This document shows, piece by piece, positions 1 to 16,200 of a stretch of DNA of 64,000 nucleotides. The notes below the pieces were generated by a model that saw only the letters and a program-made list of their open reading frames with translations, was not told the origin of the DNA and made no database searches. Position 1 is the first letter of the stretch, and each line of letters opens with the position of its first letter. The DNA lies in assembly GCA_037379345.1 (NCBI GenBank), contig CM074515.1:8060001-8124000 (forward strand). Reading direction: 5' to 3'. This DNA is from Perna viridis (Eukaryota). The translations under genes were made by a program, and so were the position numbers.

Positions 1-381
1 AAAAACCTTTTTGGTCCTTTCCAGTAGAGTTTTCTCTTTATATACCATTATGTAAGCCTACCATGAAAATACTGCAATGTAGAGGACCATATTTGTTCTA
101 TTACCTTATTCTACACTAAGGACTGAAAATGACCTTTAAGCTTGAAATAAATAAGTCTTAAATAGAGATATTGAACTACAATTAGCTATGCCAAACCGAA
201 AATACCACCTAAAAACTGATCGATTACTATTTTCGTACACTTTTGAGAATAATATTAAGATGGGAACAGTTAGCTGTGAAACATCATGCAATAACTAACC
301 TGACAAATCTCTTGGCAAACTTTTGATGTTCCTTGTTGATGTTGAGACTGAAATGGCAGGGGAGACAATCAAGTTACAACA

Positions 382-404
382 ATGATGATGATGATGATGA
401 TGAT
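382..404. repeat. (ATG)n microsatellite
   Basis: About seven ATG/GAT units. Confidence 0.85.
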
Positions 405-3400
405 TATAAAGATACAACAATGAAAGCAGTCTTCACAGAAACTATAAGACAGCAGAAATTTGATTACATAAAATATATGAAAAAAGAATTTTCTTAATCA
501 GTAAATCTGCAAGTCTAATAACACTCATTTGTTTCTACATAATTACAAATTCTTAATCATATCAATTTTGTTTTGGTTTAATATTTATAGGTAACTATTT
601 CTGAGAAGACTATCAAATGACTGGGAATGACACTTTGCTGAACACACATACAACATGTATAAAAAGAAACACAACATTCAGTGATATACTATTTCATCCA
701 TAAATGTACTAAATAAGGTCTGAAAAGAAGACCAGACTGTATAATATATATCTTTACTAGTTAATAGCAGAATATACTAGTGAATGATCTTGACAGTTAA
801 AGTTTCCAAGGGATTTAAGAATAATTTCAGAGAGTTAAACAGTACTCAACACTAAATCTGTTTTAATAACAGTGATTTGATAATTTTTGAATTACAAAAT
901 TACACGAACTATGTACCCTATAAACATGACACAGAGTAGAGTAACTACTAGACTTGCTTTCATCATTGGTGATACGGGTAGAAGTCTATATTTAATTTCC
1001 CAATGATTAATACATTAAATAACATATCAAGACAAAGCATGGATGTTTGTAACCGGTTACTAAAATGTTCCATATATCAGTACACCTATTGACTCAAGTC
1101 TCAGTCAGTCACAATGATAGCCTATGAAATCAAGACTTGAATTTTTCTAGTTGAAATAAATTACAAAATTAAAAAACCTTAATGGACCACCCAATTTTAA
1201 CTAGCATAGGTCCAAATGATTAGTCTTTACAAAGATAATATGGTAGTCAGTAAACATGGCAACATTCTCACCAAAAACTGATATGATCTTCCTTTCACAC
1301 AGCAAATAGTTCATTTATGTGATATTACTGTAAAAATTTGAGTGTTCTTTCAGTACAACCTTGGAGGAGGGACTGAGAAAAAATAATTAATACTAAGTTC
1401 TGGAATACCAACTAAGGAATACAAGCGAATCTTTTCATTTTCAGTTAAATCAATGGTGAAAATCAGTTTTAATCTAGGGTGAAATGTTCATTCCATTGTA
1501 TTGTATACAGTAACTGATCACATCTTACTATTCAATGCAAAATGAATTTCAATATAACATAAGTAAAAGTAAATAATAATACCCTTCAGAAAATCAAGCG
1601 ATACTGTATCTATATCACACCAAATTATAAGATAATACAAGATTTGGAAATTGAAAATATATGGTAATTTGAAGACTGTTCTTATACAATTTAAATGTAC
1701 CAAAGTTTTAACAATAAACAACCTTGCTTAACTTAGTTGAATATATATTGCTAACAGGACTATTCAATACTTCAACTTTCTTCACTGTAATGAAAACATT
1801 AAATGTTGGCACCATTTCTATTAAACATAGCTGTAGATCTAATGTAATCCCTTCCTTTCAATGACTTTATGTATTATTGGGAATCAAGCCAAAACAACAC
1901 CCAGGTACTCTCCCACCATACAATTCTATAAATTATCTCCACCCCATACTTTGTAAAATGTAGGCCACAACACGTATCATCAAGTCCTATGAGACAGATC
2001 TTCCTCATACATAAACATCAGTATTGCTAGTACATGTTGAGAAATAACAGAACAAATTAGGCTGTTTCATAACAAATCTTGAATCAACATTTCCCTCAAA
2101 TTTTTACCAACCCAAACTTAGATTTTGAGGAAATTCTCAAACAGAGATTTTTATTAAGTAACCAAGGCCAGTAACATGAAGATTTAGTGCTATTTCTACT
2201 TGGGCAGCTCATTTCAAAATTCCAATACTTTATGCCCCTGACAAAGGCTGTAAAGCCAAAAATTTGGGCTCACATTTATCAATTTGTTTTTACATTTTAT
2301 TATTTTATTTGTATTTAGTTCCTTTTTCACCTTTTATATGTGGCTGTCATTCACCAATTCATTATTCTTATTGACCTTTAATTCAAGCCACTTCACTACA
2401 TAGGTTATTTTCATTTCAAAATTGCAGTACAGTATATTATGGTATGTTATTCTTGCATAAGAATCATTTTCTGCATAGATTTAGAACACTACATGGAATA
2501 TCCTCTTAACAATCAATCCACAATCATCAAAATTGTAAAATAAATTTACAATGTAGCAAAATGTAAATGTAAAGCCCTAGTCATCCTTCTTAAGTACCTG
2601 CCTTTGTAAGAATCATGCAAAATCTGAAATATGTGGTACACCCCAAAAAAAGGCTACATATTTTTATTTTTGTAATTAAGTTGTTTCATGGGTCTATACC
2701 ATAAAAGTGTAATTATTCATTCAAATCTGCCTACTCTTAGGAGATAACCAACATTGAAAATCCAATAGATTCTATTGTATATGAGTGTCATTTACAGAGT
2801 TATCTCCCTTAATTTTGAAATCTACAGTGCATTCTATATAATTTTTATCTCTTAAGAACACGGGTTATATGATAAACTGAATGTTAATTTCTGTTTACTA
2901 TGGCAATTCAAACAAAATATCAAAAATAAAAATATGTAGGCTTTTTATCCATGAATCACAATTTGCATGATACTTAGCTGGAGTGCTACTTAATACTTCA
3001 TTCTTGTTATATTCATGTAATAAGATGAACCAGAATGAACTACTGGGAAAAGTTCTATCTATGAATATGAAATTGTTTAAGTTTACAATGTGCATTGTTT
3101 TGTCAAAAATAAATTGTCATAACTTCAAACTGTTAATCACACACCAAGAGTCAGCTAATTGTCAGTCAGAATTAAGAGAACAAAGCCCATTAAAACTATT
3201 TCTTACAGAAGGACAAAAGATAATATAAAGTACAGAATGATGGACTAAGGTCAAGCTATATTTGGATTGGGCATAATAACAAATCTGACATCCCTAAAAA
3301 GTGTTATACAAATTTATACATGTACTAACAAGAAAGAAACAGTCGAAATATTGATTGGTAACACTTTCAAGATTTTTTGATTGATTCAGAATTTATATTA

Positions 3401-6400
3401 AATCAGAACAGTGCATTGTCAGCAATTATCTTACCCTAAATGTCAAGAACATCTTTGTTTTTACATAACATTTCCAACAGCAACTGAAACATTTTCAGGA
3501 CAGTGACAATCCCCCACCTGGATTTAATCTAGGTGAACATTATACAAGATCAAAACATTATCATTTTCTAATCAACAATAGATATAAAAACACATGCTAT
3601 TAAAATTTAAGGGAAATTAAATAATGCAATATCCCTTCTAAAGCCATAATGGGAACTAAGTAACCTTAGATTTTCATTTAACCATTTGAACACAGAATTA
3701 AAATATACGGGAGACGGTAATATTATCAATATGTTTAAAAGAAACATATAAATAAACACAACACAATACAATTCCTTTTTTACTGCAAAGGAATCGTGGC
3801 ATACTTTTATAAGTCTTATAAGTAATAGATTTCAGGTTTAAATAAGTTTAATTTAATTTCCATGGTTTGTGCTGTTTTTTTTTTTCACTAATGGGCAACA
3901 GAGAAGTACAAAGGGCAGCTGGAAACATCCACTGGTTTTAGGGGCAGTTGAAGAATGGAGCAGCTCAAATCTCTCTAAAACTTTGACTGGGAGATTTAAC
4001 AATTAGCATAATTCTATCAGTTGTTTTACAGCATGTTACCTTACTACCATCAGCTAGCATTAAACGAAAATAAATTCAAACATGGTGACCAGACATTTTT
4101 TTAAATTTTATTATTAGAATTGGAAATATCTAAATATTACATTCATCAAAATTCAGAATATTACTTGAACTTTTCCACAATGACGTGCAGAATTGGACAT
4201 TTCTTAACAGACCAAAGCAGGAATTATCTCTTTGATCAGAAACTTTCACATTAATCAAACTTTTCCCATCTTTCATCATTATCTTGGTAAATGTACATTA
4301 AACCTTCTATAATTGAATATTTAGTCATTACCAAAGGAAAATTGATAACTTTTTATCCAACATCAATACATGCAATACCCATAGTAAATAGAGCTAACAA
4401 GTTGTATCTGTCATATAAGGTAATGATTCATTTTTATAAGTGGTGTTTTTTTCCTTTTTTGTTGTTAAATGAAAATAAGATATTGGATGCCAAAGAAAAA
4501 CTGAATATAAATCTATTTCTTGATGTAATTCTAAATAAAAATCAATTAGTAATAATTATCTAGTGGTCTCCTGGGAGAGTTTACCGCCAGACAGGAACTC
4601 ATAGATGATAAAGAATATCCATGTCCTATGTAAACATTAGGTAGTATAAGAAAATATCATCTTGACATCTCTACAGGAGTCAAACAGAGAATACCATTAA
4701 GGGACTGTCTAAGTTTTTTTTTCAATCCTTACAAAATGTGTGAAATTAAATGGAATAAAACAAAATACAAATATTATATGTACTAATGAAAGCTTATTTT
4801 CACTCTAAAGTTATTCTTACTATTCTCGCTGGACATTTATGAAAAGATTTTTCAATTCAAAAAATCATATACAATAGCATTTATAATTTTCTTCAGTCTA
4901 GCTCCATTGTGGACTATTTTTCAATTTATCTAGATAAGCTGACTTTTAAAGACATAAAGAAATTCTTTTCTCTGAACATGATCACCTCTGTTTATCACTG
5001 ACAATGGATAAAACTCTTTATTTAAAGAAAATCTCCTATTTGTAACACTTAAACCTGTTTTCATGTAGTTTTTTAACAAGATTAAACAGAAAACTTCAAT
5101 AACAACTACAAAATGTAACTCAGTAAGTCACTTGATTGTGGGATAAAGAGAACATTTTGCTGATTAAAGACAATTTAGAATCTTTGCCTTTGAAGGTAGC
5201 AAATTTTAATGACAGCCTATAAAACTGTACAAACAATACATGACAATACCTTTAGTTAGGAGGATTTAAACCGGCTATTGTAAGTTAAAGTCTTTTTACT
5301 TCTAAAGATAACATCCAGATGAAATTTAGATAGAAACAAATTTTTAAATGCAAGCTTATCTATTTATCAAAAGTTACTCAATTCATCATAGAACTTAGGA
5401 CATATATAAACCTGTACAATGAGTAACATATAAATATCAACATCTTCTTTAAATCGAGATCATATTTTAACTCCTATCCGCCAATCTAAAAAAAAAAAGT
5501 TATTTGTTCAAAACCACATTGTCCAAAATTTCCAAGTAAACATGCAATTTTGTACTTTATGTTAAGAAGTAATCTCCTCTTATTCCAAAGCATTTTGACT
5601 CTCCATATAAAAGTACAACACTATTTTGGTCATGAGCATAACAATATCAAAGCACTGATGGCAGAATATTTGTGGTGGTGCAATAAAATTTGGTCTTGTT
5701 TTAGTAGTTAGAGCAGAAATGCTAAGTTAACAATTAACATCACTGCAAGCTATTTCTGAATAACGAGATCCCATCTTTTCGTTTACCAGAAAGTGGATCT
5801 TGTTCCCCCCCTAAAAAAAAAAAAAAATGGCCAGAGCAATCATGTAGAGAAAAGCGTTCACAAAATCAGACAGTAACCTGTTCTGAAATCCCACATCTCA
5901 ATTTTGCATATCTATAGATTGTATTTACAAAAATATCTAGTGGTAGTGAAGAGAAGTAGAAAAGTTTGGTGCCTTTCATTTTTTTACTTTTTTTTTTTTT
6001 GCTTTTTAAGAAGGTAAACACACAAACGTGTTGATTTCACATCCTGGTACAAAACCTATTTCATTGTAAATAACCTCCAAAAAGTAAGTCATTTCTTGGT
6101 CATGCTAACAAAAATCTTGAGTTTCTTTCCTTTAAGTTTGTAAAAGTACATGCAATATATCATTCCAATTTCCTGTGGTTCAAGAAAGTAGAACACATCT
6201 AACACAGCCTTCATTGTTCTACTGATGAGAGCATTTGACCTTTACATTTTGACTTTTTATAATCTACAGGATCTCTACATGTAGTCAATTTCCTTTTAAA
6301 TTTCATCCTAATTAGAAAAGTTATTGAAGGTCTCATACAGAGGGTTAATCAGACTGGGGATTGTAACTAGAAAGGCTATTGAACATCTCATATAGAGGGT

Positions 6401-7749
6401 TAATTAAACTTGGGATTGTAACATTGCCAAAATCTGTGAAGAGACAAAGAGAATTTATTATTCATCCTCTCTCTTGGGCATGTTGACACAGGCTTCTAAC
6501 AATCAAAATAATATTACTGTATTATAAATTGTTGATAATTTGTTTTGTATGTTATAATATGTTGTTTGGATGATCGATAATAGACCTTTACTTTTAATAG
6601 ACTCTTAAATATTGATTCCATTCACAAAATTAGAAACAATTACATAAACTGTTTTCTTTCTATACTTTATTGCCAACAAAATGTAAACAATTTTCACACT
6701 TTTATTTAATATTAAAATAACAGAATAAATTAAATCCCATTTCCAATGTAGGTAGCTGTGTACTTTTAAAAACTGTTCCTCATTAAATTTTATTTCATGG
6801 GAATACTTTTTCATCTTTTCATCTCATATTGTGTAATTAGTCTTCAGACATGAAAAGACTTAATATTTAAAATTCATTTCTCCAAGTCGTAAGTCCTTAA
6901 AATGAAAAAAGTTACTTGCTATTATGTAAAAAATTAAATGAAAATTAAATCACTTTCTAATAAGTTATAATAACCTCATATACTATTGAATTTCATTGGG
7001 ATTTAACCAGACTGTTACCTTTTATGCTTCCCCATACCATTCCTGTATACACTGGGCATTTGGGAATCAAAACAGTAAGGGACTAACTTGAAAAATATGC
7101 AAATCACAAGTTGTTGTCTTTGACATCAGGAACATACTTGTCTCTGGCTTCTTTTTGGCTCCTCACTTTGGTAGTATGGATGCTGACAATGTCACAGATG
7201 ACAACAATGCCATACAATTATATGACTGCAAATTAATTTCTTGCGGTTGTATAAAAACTTGAGTAATCATTCTCATAAAACCCCATGCACCCTCGTTTTC
7301 ACGCTTTAAAAAAGTCAAGTCTCTATACCACCAAAAAAAACACGAACTTAACAGGTTTCAGAGGTTAGTAAGTTAAAATAAGTGGCTCTTCCTCTACCTT
7401 CTGATAGTATATATGGCAGCTATGATCATTGGTCAATGATCATAATTATCCATATAATTTTTTAAGTAGACACCCTTAGAATGATAGTGGCTAAGAATCA
7501 CCAAAATCTGATCTGCAGTTTCAAAGGAGACTTTTTAAGAAAAGACTAAAAAACAACATTACAGACAGACACAATAAAAATGATATACTCTCATACCTAA
7601 GCTTAGAAACAAAGAAAATGCTTTACTCAGGATATATTCTCTGATTAATTGACTATTGTAGTTCTATTTGGGGTAATTGTATAAAAGAAAATTTACAATG
7701 TGTACTTAGACTACAAAAGTGGGCAGCTAGGCTTAAACTTGATGAAGAA

Positions 7750-8261
7750 TTCCGTGCCCATTTAATCCCTCTTTAATTCTTTAGGGTGGCCAACAGTTGA
7801 GAATAGAAGTAGATACCACAAGTGCCTATTGATCTTCAAATGTTTAAATGGGTTAGCTCCATCTTATTTAGCAGATAAAATAAAATCCATACCATTCAAG
7901 AAATACCATAAACAATGCTCTTTTAATTCCTAAACCTAAGACAGAACTATTCAGACATACTTTTGTTTACTCTGGCCCATCTCTTTGGAATACCTTCCCA
8001 CATGAAATAAGAAGTGTAAAATGAATAACTCTTTTTAAGCAGAAATTAAAAACCTTCCTAATGGAATAATAGCAAAAAGAATAATCCAACTGTATTAACA
8101 TGTACTATAATGCAAAATGGTAACTTTGTTGGTATTCATATATGTATTATTTACAAGAACTCCTTTTGTGGCATTGGAATTAACCTTGTATTTTTGCTTT
8201 AGTGTAAGTGCCCCAGGGAAGATTAGTTGCAAACTAACTGTGTTAGCCTCTTGAAATAAAG
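7750..8261 (+). mobile_element. 5'-truncated CR1/L2-group LINE remnant (ORF2 C-terminus and 3' UTR)
   Basis: Translation YHKCLLIFKCLNGLAPSYL...LLIPKPKTELFRHTFVYSGPSLWNTFPHEIR...LFKQKLKTFL; ends in AATAAAG, with an (ATT)n tail displaced to 9065-9104. Confidence 0.75.
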
Positions 8262-8263
8262 TA

Positions 8264-9064
8264 CAGTGAAACTTCTCCAAACCAGACCCTCAGAAAACCA
8301 GTCTTCCCTTCAAACCGGCCATTTTCAGAAGTCCCGGCCGATATACCTTAAAAACTGTGTGTTTTGTCTTCAATAGACCAGCCATCCCCCAAAACCATAC
8401 ATCAGCCAGTTTTTTACAGTTTTAGTTACATATTTCAAATAAAAACAACTTCTCAATTCTGGCCGACCAGTTAATGTTCACCTGTAATAAAAGTGTCAAC
8501 AAAACTGTAAATGATTACTTAATATTACGTAATTAATAAATCATTCACTGGCCGGTTTGCATTTCATCATCGGACAGATGATAATTGAAGGGGACAGTAG
8601 TTTTAACAACAAATTTAATCCAGGCAACCGGGGTCATTTAATAGTACGATCTTTACAATCTTTTAATTGTCAATTAATGTGACCTATACCCAAGCCAAAA
8701 CAAAATAGGGGTGAAATTATTAGACTTCGTTGATAGGTAATTTACGAAAACAATGCAAATAATTAATTACCATCAATAACCCTTTGATCTTTATTAAATA
8801 CACATTTTTTCAAACCTGTGAACATAATTTTGTCGGCAGTACCGCTTGTAAAATCATATCATTTACGAATGATGCAAGCCTTGAAATGTAATAAAAGGCC
8901 AAAAAATTTTGAATTGACATTAAACATGTCTCAACCAACAAACTGAAAATGTGTAGGGTTATAGAGCACATTAATGGAAATAGCTCTTAGAATGCATTGC
9001 TATTTTTCACAAAACCGGCCATTTTTCTTGTCAATGTGATGGCCGGTTTGGAGAAATTTCACTG
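8264..9064. mobile_element. Tc1/mariner/pogo-type MITE
   Basis: TIRs CAGTGAAACTTCTCCAAACC / GGTTTGGAGAAATTTCACTG, flanked by TA on both sides; no ORF. Confidence 0.85.
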
Positions 9065-10240
9065 TATTATAATTACTATTATTATTATTATTATTATTAT
9101 TATTGACCTTTGATCCAAGTAGGCTCATAAAAGAATGTAAAAAATTTCAATGTATATTTTGGATAATACTACTGCTGCTTCAATTCCTTTACCATAGATA
9201 TTATCACAGTCTTTTATACAATTATTGGGCCTAGTAATTATTTTGATGGTATCATCAAAAATGTAAATATACTAAATCCACTTATCTATCATAAATTCTA
9301 TCAACTTTCCACATCAAACAATGAATTAAAGTAACAATCATGCTCCCTTTAAAATCAACCTTATTGTTCAATCTTCAATACCTAAAAGATCAAAAATCTT
9401 GGTTTTAAATGTACAATGGGGAACAAAGAACTACCTACTTCCTCAAGATCTAAAACTCAATGTAAGTTAACTATTAATGAAAACAGAAACACAGAAAAAA
9501 ATCATTGTTTTGTTTCCCTATGCTTTCAAAGAAATATTAGACAGTTCATTAACAGAAAAAAAACTTATCCAGGTGATCAAATTAGGAGGCATTTCTTTTC
9601 TTTGTTATGTAGCACTTCTAGATTAGGACCATGTGTCAAGCTCATTGGAACCAAGAAAACAAGATCCATAACATGCCTGTACCTGCCTCACCATCATATG
9701 TTTGTCAGCACATATTTTCAATATATGCATGAACACTATGTAAATTTAAATCAAGTTTACTTTTGGTAGCATATTATGCTAAAGAATGGATAAATTCAAC
9801 AGGTAAAAAATGAACAAGTTCATGCTACTGTACAAACTATATTTGTCAAATGTGTCCATGATTGAAAAAGCACTTCTTCAATATGCACATAAAGACTACA
9901 AAATTTGAAACATATCGGTTAAATACTATTTTAGTTACAGATTACACATAGTAGGTTCCATCCACAACACAAAGTGACGAAATATATGCTATTTTTCAAC
10001 ATGTATACAAACAATGCAAAGTTTGGAAAATATAGGTCCAAACCTTTTAGTTACAGATTACACAAAGTAGGTCCCCGTAAGTATGACAGACAGAAAAAAA
10101 GGTCCAGCCACTACTTGACCTGCTATCAATGATATAGAGATACAGGTATTGGTAAAGAACAGTATAAAGAAAGAAGTAGAAAACTATAAATTGAAGCAAA
10201 ATTGTTTCCATGTCTAAGTAATATGTAAACTAGAACCTAC

Positions 10241-13200
10241 CTATTGTATTCAAAATTTCCAATTTCTAGAACTGCAGACAGTGTCTCTGTTTTTCCCTTC
10301 AAAACCTTAAAAAAATAAATTATAAAAAAATCTTGATTCAATTGTAATTCACACGCCATTTACATATCATTTCAAAAGGGAAACAGAGTACATCATCTTA
10401 GGACAAATATACAGAATATACCATCATCTAGGCCTGGTTTCATGAAAAAGTCAAAGTGCTGTTGTGAAAATTGTAGCATGGACAAAATTCAAAAGATTAC
10501 ATAAATTTAAAAGATATAAAATAAAACTATAATCATACATTTGCATTAGCATTTTCATTTTAAACTTTTTTTTCTAATATGTATAAACTGAATATCAATC
10601 ACTGATTTCTGATGTAAAAATTGTAATCGAAAATTACTCAGTATCCTACAACTATAAACCCATTACCAAATTTTGTTCTGTTTCAACTTTTTCACAAGTT
10701 TTAAAACCTGTCCAAAAGTTCATTTGCAATCACATTCAAAAGTATTTCAACAGAGTATTATCCTACACTGAAATTATACCAAATGGAACTAACTTCAGCT
10801 TAAGAAAATAATTTCCTTGATAAATAAAATAAGATTTTCAAAACTAGACACATTGTTAAAATCACTTCCTACATATTAATCATAAAATATTGATGATAGG
10901 ATGGAGATTTTGACTGATAATTGTGTAAAATGGAACCTGCTTCTTGGCACATTACTGCAAGAACTTCATTAACTAAATACTAATTTATTACAAAACATCC
11001 AAAAAGAAGTCCCTCAATCTTCGGTTCATTTGAAGACTAGATCTAAATTTTATTTGCAGATATAATAGAATATCATTGAGATGAATAATTGCCAGAAACA
11101 TATTTACAGGTTATAAAAGATGTATTGAATGATATAAAAGGAATTTAATTAGACTATACTTTTGTGTAATGTTCAGAAGAATTCAAGTTTCAGGCATGAA
11201 CCAGAACAAAATGTATTTTGATAAATCAAAAACCAAAAAAAATAATAAAATAAAAATAATTTATGATTTTCCTTTAATCATTGTTTTATTATTTTCAAGA
11301 GAGTGAGGTCCTGGACTTCTTCACACTTTGTATGAATAGTCCATCAAAGATGGTGAAAGGTGCTAAATAAGAGTGAAGTATAATAGGGCCAGAACCTAGG
11401 TAATTACAATTTCAATGGTCCTGCATTAGACACTGAAGGTATTGTACCTCAGATCAGCACTAGTTTGAACCCCTTTTTATCACAAATCTTTGATTTCAAG
11501 TATTTATAGAAAGGACATGAGAAATGTCTCTTTTTGCAAAGTGTTTGTGAAGCTTTGACCTGTTGATTGGGAAGTATGAAATGTATTGATGAAATTCAAT
11601 TTGCTATATTTTTAAATAGTTCCTGGTCTGATGGCTACTTTGTGCAACAGCTTTCCGAATCATTTCAGGACAGAAAATAGTTCTTCTCATTTTAAAAGCT
11701 TAGTTCGGTCCTGGAATGGCTCGGAATGTCGCTGTTCTGCATGCAAATATATTCTATTGCTTTATCTGTGTTTTTTGCTGCTTACAAGTGCTACAATGTA
11801 GTTGTGCATGAATTTTGATATTTTACTTGGTCTTATTATGCCTATGTCTTTTATGTATGTACGCAAAAAAGTGTTTTATATTGTACGTCTTTTAAAATGT
11901 GCTAGTTACTGTTATTTATTTTATTGCCAATCCATGTTTTATTTTTTGTGTATCTCATGTTTGTACGTGTTCATAGCTTACTGTTCTTTTGCTTTTAAGC
12001 AATGCATGCCTATTTTGTAAGTGCAGTCTCTATGCTTCGCATGTCTTGCGTACGTGATGAGTATGTTCATTCGGTTAAAAGCTCACCAGAGCTATGTTGT
12101 CTTTTATTATATACACTGAATCTGAATAAAGTTTTTGTATTCATATCTGATGGCTAGTATATAACCTAATGATACTTAATGAAGACTTCTTCAATGGATA
12201 AAGTACAAAATGGTGCGTAAACAATTTCTATATACCTTCTTTTCAAATAGTTTCTTTATATGAGGTTTCCACCAGTGTTCCTTGACCACTTTGGCTTCTA
12301 ATTCTAAACCCTCATGTTTTTCACAAAGCAACTTTATAACGCAAGGAGGCTCTTGTGGGGGTTTCCAATCTTTGGATTCATAATCCTCAGGTAACCCTGT
12401 CAGTAGAAATATAAACCGTTATAAACATTGTATAGTGGCAGGGGAAGCCAAAATTGTACATTCAAAATTTACAGAGATGCCACTGACATGTAAGTCTTAG
12501 TTGCTTTATTCATATCTACCTCTCAAGAAATTTACTGTCTCAATATATTACTACAACTCAGGATAATTCATGATAAAGTGTTTTTCCAGGGTTAATTGAC
12601 AGCTATTCTACTATTCAAACTTAAAAGACAGAGTCCAAAAGGTCACACAGGTGTTCTGTGGTAGTAAAGTAGAACACATTAGTATAATGTAGGGCAGATT
12701 TAAATTACTCACTAGCTTACCTAAATTTGTTTTGAAATTGGAGCTGGTCTATTTCAACTAGCTGTAACATTCATTTTCATTTCTGAAGACTTTTCAAATC
12801 TCCTTTCACAAGAGTTTAATGGATTCCTTCTGGGATTTGCTTTTATGGATATCAGAATTAGAATCAATGTCACAAATTTGTGTTACCCTTGTTTTGTGCA
12901 ATCTGTGTTAAAATTTTACAGCATTGTTTTGACAAACACAATTGGGAATTTATAGGCCATTCTGGGAAAATAATTAGCTTTTTCTATGCATACCACTAAA
13001 CTGTGGGTTGAGTAAATCTTTCCTTCCACCCATCAAGCAGTTGGAATAAATCCAGTCTAAACAGCATATCAATAGATGGTAGGAGTTGACCAAGTCATCA
13101 CTTATGGCTGGGAAATGTCCTACAAAAAATTGTTAATCACTTAAGGCAGCTGCTGGAAATTATCCAACAAAAAATGTTTCCATCGATGACAAAAATTTGT

Positions 13201-16200
13201 AATTGTTTATCAAGAAAAGTAACATAAAAGTATGTAACCCTAGTTCTTGGTTGTTTTGGAATATATGAACTTCTATTAAGCACCCAGTTTGTATCTACAG
13301 CCAAGTATAGGTTTAATGGCAAGGATTTCTATGTTTCTTTTCCTTAGAAATATATTTTGATGTATTTCTATTACAAAATTACTTTGATCAGAAAAAAAAT
13401 GAAACCATAACTTTCAGCACAATGCTTTTCCCCTCCCTCTTTATCTCCAGATTCTTTAATTAATCTCAACTTAGAAAAGTGAAACGGGTGTCTTCAAAAA
13501 TGTTCAAACCATGGATGTTCTATTTTCTATTTAATTATAAAATTGCATCATAAATTCTGAAATTAAAATTTTACATTCTTATGTAACTAATAAACAATGT
13601 GCACAGTTGTGACCTTCAATAAAGAAATGTAAGCAACAATACTACTCCAGCATTAAGTGATAAGTACATGATGCACCCAAGTGATTTTCACCCATGAACA
13701 AGAAAGAAACTTTCTCATGCCTTGGACTATCAACTGATGTAATGTGTTTAATCAATACAGCAATAAAAATTATCAGTGACAATATTTTCTTCTGTATCCA
13801 TAACAGTAACTAAACCATTGATTGTCCTAGGGTAATTCTAATCTCTCATATCTACTGATGCATAGTTGTAAAGAAATCCCTACTTGTCGCTATCTATCCA
13901 CAAATCAAATAATATGTAATTTTAAAGGTGATTTACTTGATTTGTAGGAGAAAATTTTTCATTAAATAAATTTAACATTCAATTAGGATTCTTTAAAAAA
14001 TTTACCTGATACAATTATTATTTACAATAGCAGCTGACAGATGATAGATTACAGACAAGTCGTGATCTTAATATTAGCAAAGTTGAAGATCAATGTACAG
14101 AAACTGAATCAGGCCATTCTATACATGCATAGGTGGTACCTATAAAACCATAACTTTATGGGCAATGATGATATGCAAATGAAAATAATGGACTTCGGTG
14201 ATAATTCATAAAGGTTTACACTCACAATTTTCTAGTGAAGAAAAATACTAATTGATATTAGGAAAATATAACCACTATTACAGAGAAATATATCATCTTT
14301 TTAAAGCTAGTTCAGAATTAAAAACAAACTCCTGCTCTTCACTTTTGGCATATTTTGGCATAGCAATATATAAAACTAGAGGTTCTAAAGAGCTTGAATC
14401 ACTCATCTGGAGATATTGAAATCATATGGTCATAGCATTTGATCATTAAAACAAAAGGTTTAGAGATTTCCCTACTACTTACATCATTCCTGCCATCCAC
14501 TGAACCACCTGAGCCATGTAAAGGCAGAGATATAGGCTTAATTGTGTTTCCCCTTAGGGTTTCAATGGTAACTTTAGAGTGGCAGCAGCTGAGCCATCTG
14601 AGCCACACAAAAATGTGGACTGTATGTAGAAGGCATTAAGGTAATAAAACCTATAAGGTTTCAATACATTGGCACCTGTGATTTCAGAGAAGTTGACTTT
14701 TGAAAATTGGCCAATTAGAACCTTAAATAGTCTCTGGTTGCCAACTTGTTAGATCAAATGAAACCAAAAGTGAAAATTTTGTAGAAGCTCTTGCATACAT
14801 CATTCTGCCAGGTTTGGTTAAAATTGGTCAAAGGGTTTCATGTAGTTGAGCATTTTTTAAGAAGTTTACGGATGATGGATGGAATGTGATGGCATAAGCT
14901 CACTGGGACCTTTGGTGAGCTTGTAACAAAACCTATACATGTCTAATAGCTATAAAAGCTCCTGAGAGCTTATGTATTTTTGTTATATGTACTCATTAAC
15001 CAGATTTAAAATAAAAATTACTTACTTACTTACTGTCCGGACCTGTGATATATTTGTCAGCACATAAGTAACCTTAAATATCTATTAAAACACCATGCAA
15101 GTTCAACTAGTAAAACTGTGAGCAAAGCTCACAAACTTTATATCCCCACTCCCCCATTTGATAACATGAACATTTTAACCTCCATATTGTTTGGGATCAA
15201 AATCTAAAATGAGAAGTACACAATGGAAACAGGTAATAAAGATTCTGTGAAACTAGACTAGGGGCTCTAGAGAACCTGAATCAATCACCTGGAGAACTTG
15301 TAACCATGTGGTCATATCAATTGATCATTTAGACAGAAGATATAGAGATTTTTGTATGAACACATGACTGCTGCCCCCTTCTGAGTTGTCGGAGCCAAAA
15401 AATAAGTAAACTGTTTGTAGAGGGTATTGAGGTCATTTGCCCTATCAAGTTTTAAAACATGGGCACACACAGTTTCAGAAGAAATGATCTTAGAAAATTG
15501 TCCAGTTAGAAGCTTAAATAGCCTCTGACAGCCATCTTGGTTAATGAACCAAAATTTTACCACATGATTTATTTCGTCTCCTTTATTTTTTCTGCCAAGC
15601 TTGGTCATCATGGTCTTAGTAAAAGCAAAGATATAGGCCAAAAAGAGTTGAAATCATTACAGGGTTTCAATGGCAACTTTGGTGGCCACAGCTGTCCGTG
15701 ACACACAAAAAGTGGATCATTCATAGAGGGCATTGAGGTCATTTACCCTGTCAAATTTCATAACATTGCCACCTGTGGTTTCAAATGTGTTGATCTTTAA
15801 ATTGGCAAATGAGAATCTTAAATAGGCTCTGGTGGCCATCTTGTTTAATCAAATGGAAACAAAATTTTATCACATATTTAAGTTGTAACCTTTATTATTT
15901 TTGCAAAATCTGGTTACTAATAGCTAAGTAAAAGCAGAGATGAAGGCTGAAATTTGTATCCCCATAGGGTTTCAATGGCAACTTTGTGTGGGACATTGGG
16001 TCATTTAACCCTATGATGTTTCAAAACATTGGTACTTGTGGTTTCAGAAAAATTTATCTTGGAAAAGCTCAAATAGCCTGAGAACCGAAAGTGGACTTTT
16101 TGTAGAGGCTCTTAGTCCCAGCCAAACTCTGACGGACATGACAGGGAAAAAATGCTTACAGGACCTTCGAACTGGTCAAATATTTTCACGAGGTAAAAAA

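Noticed and set aside
1-10240. Further RBL exons or other genes among the short ORFs
   Set aside because: The expected next exon (YEEY...GDFDERIFL-like) was not found; the ORFs look like random AT-rich intron translations.
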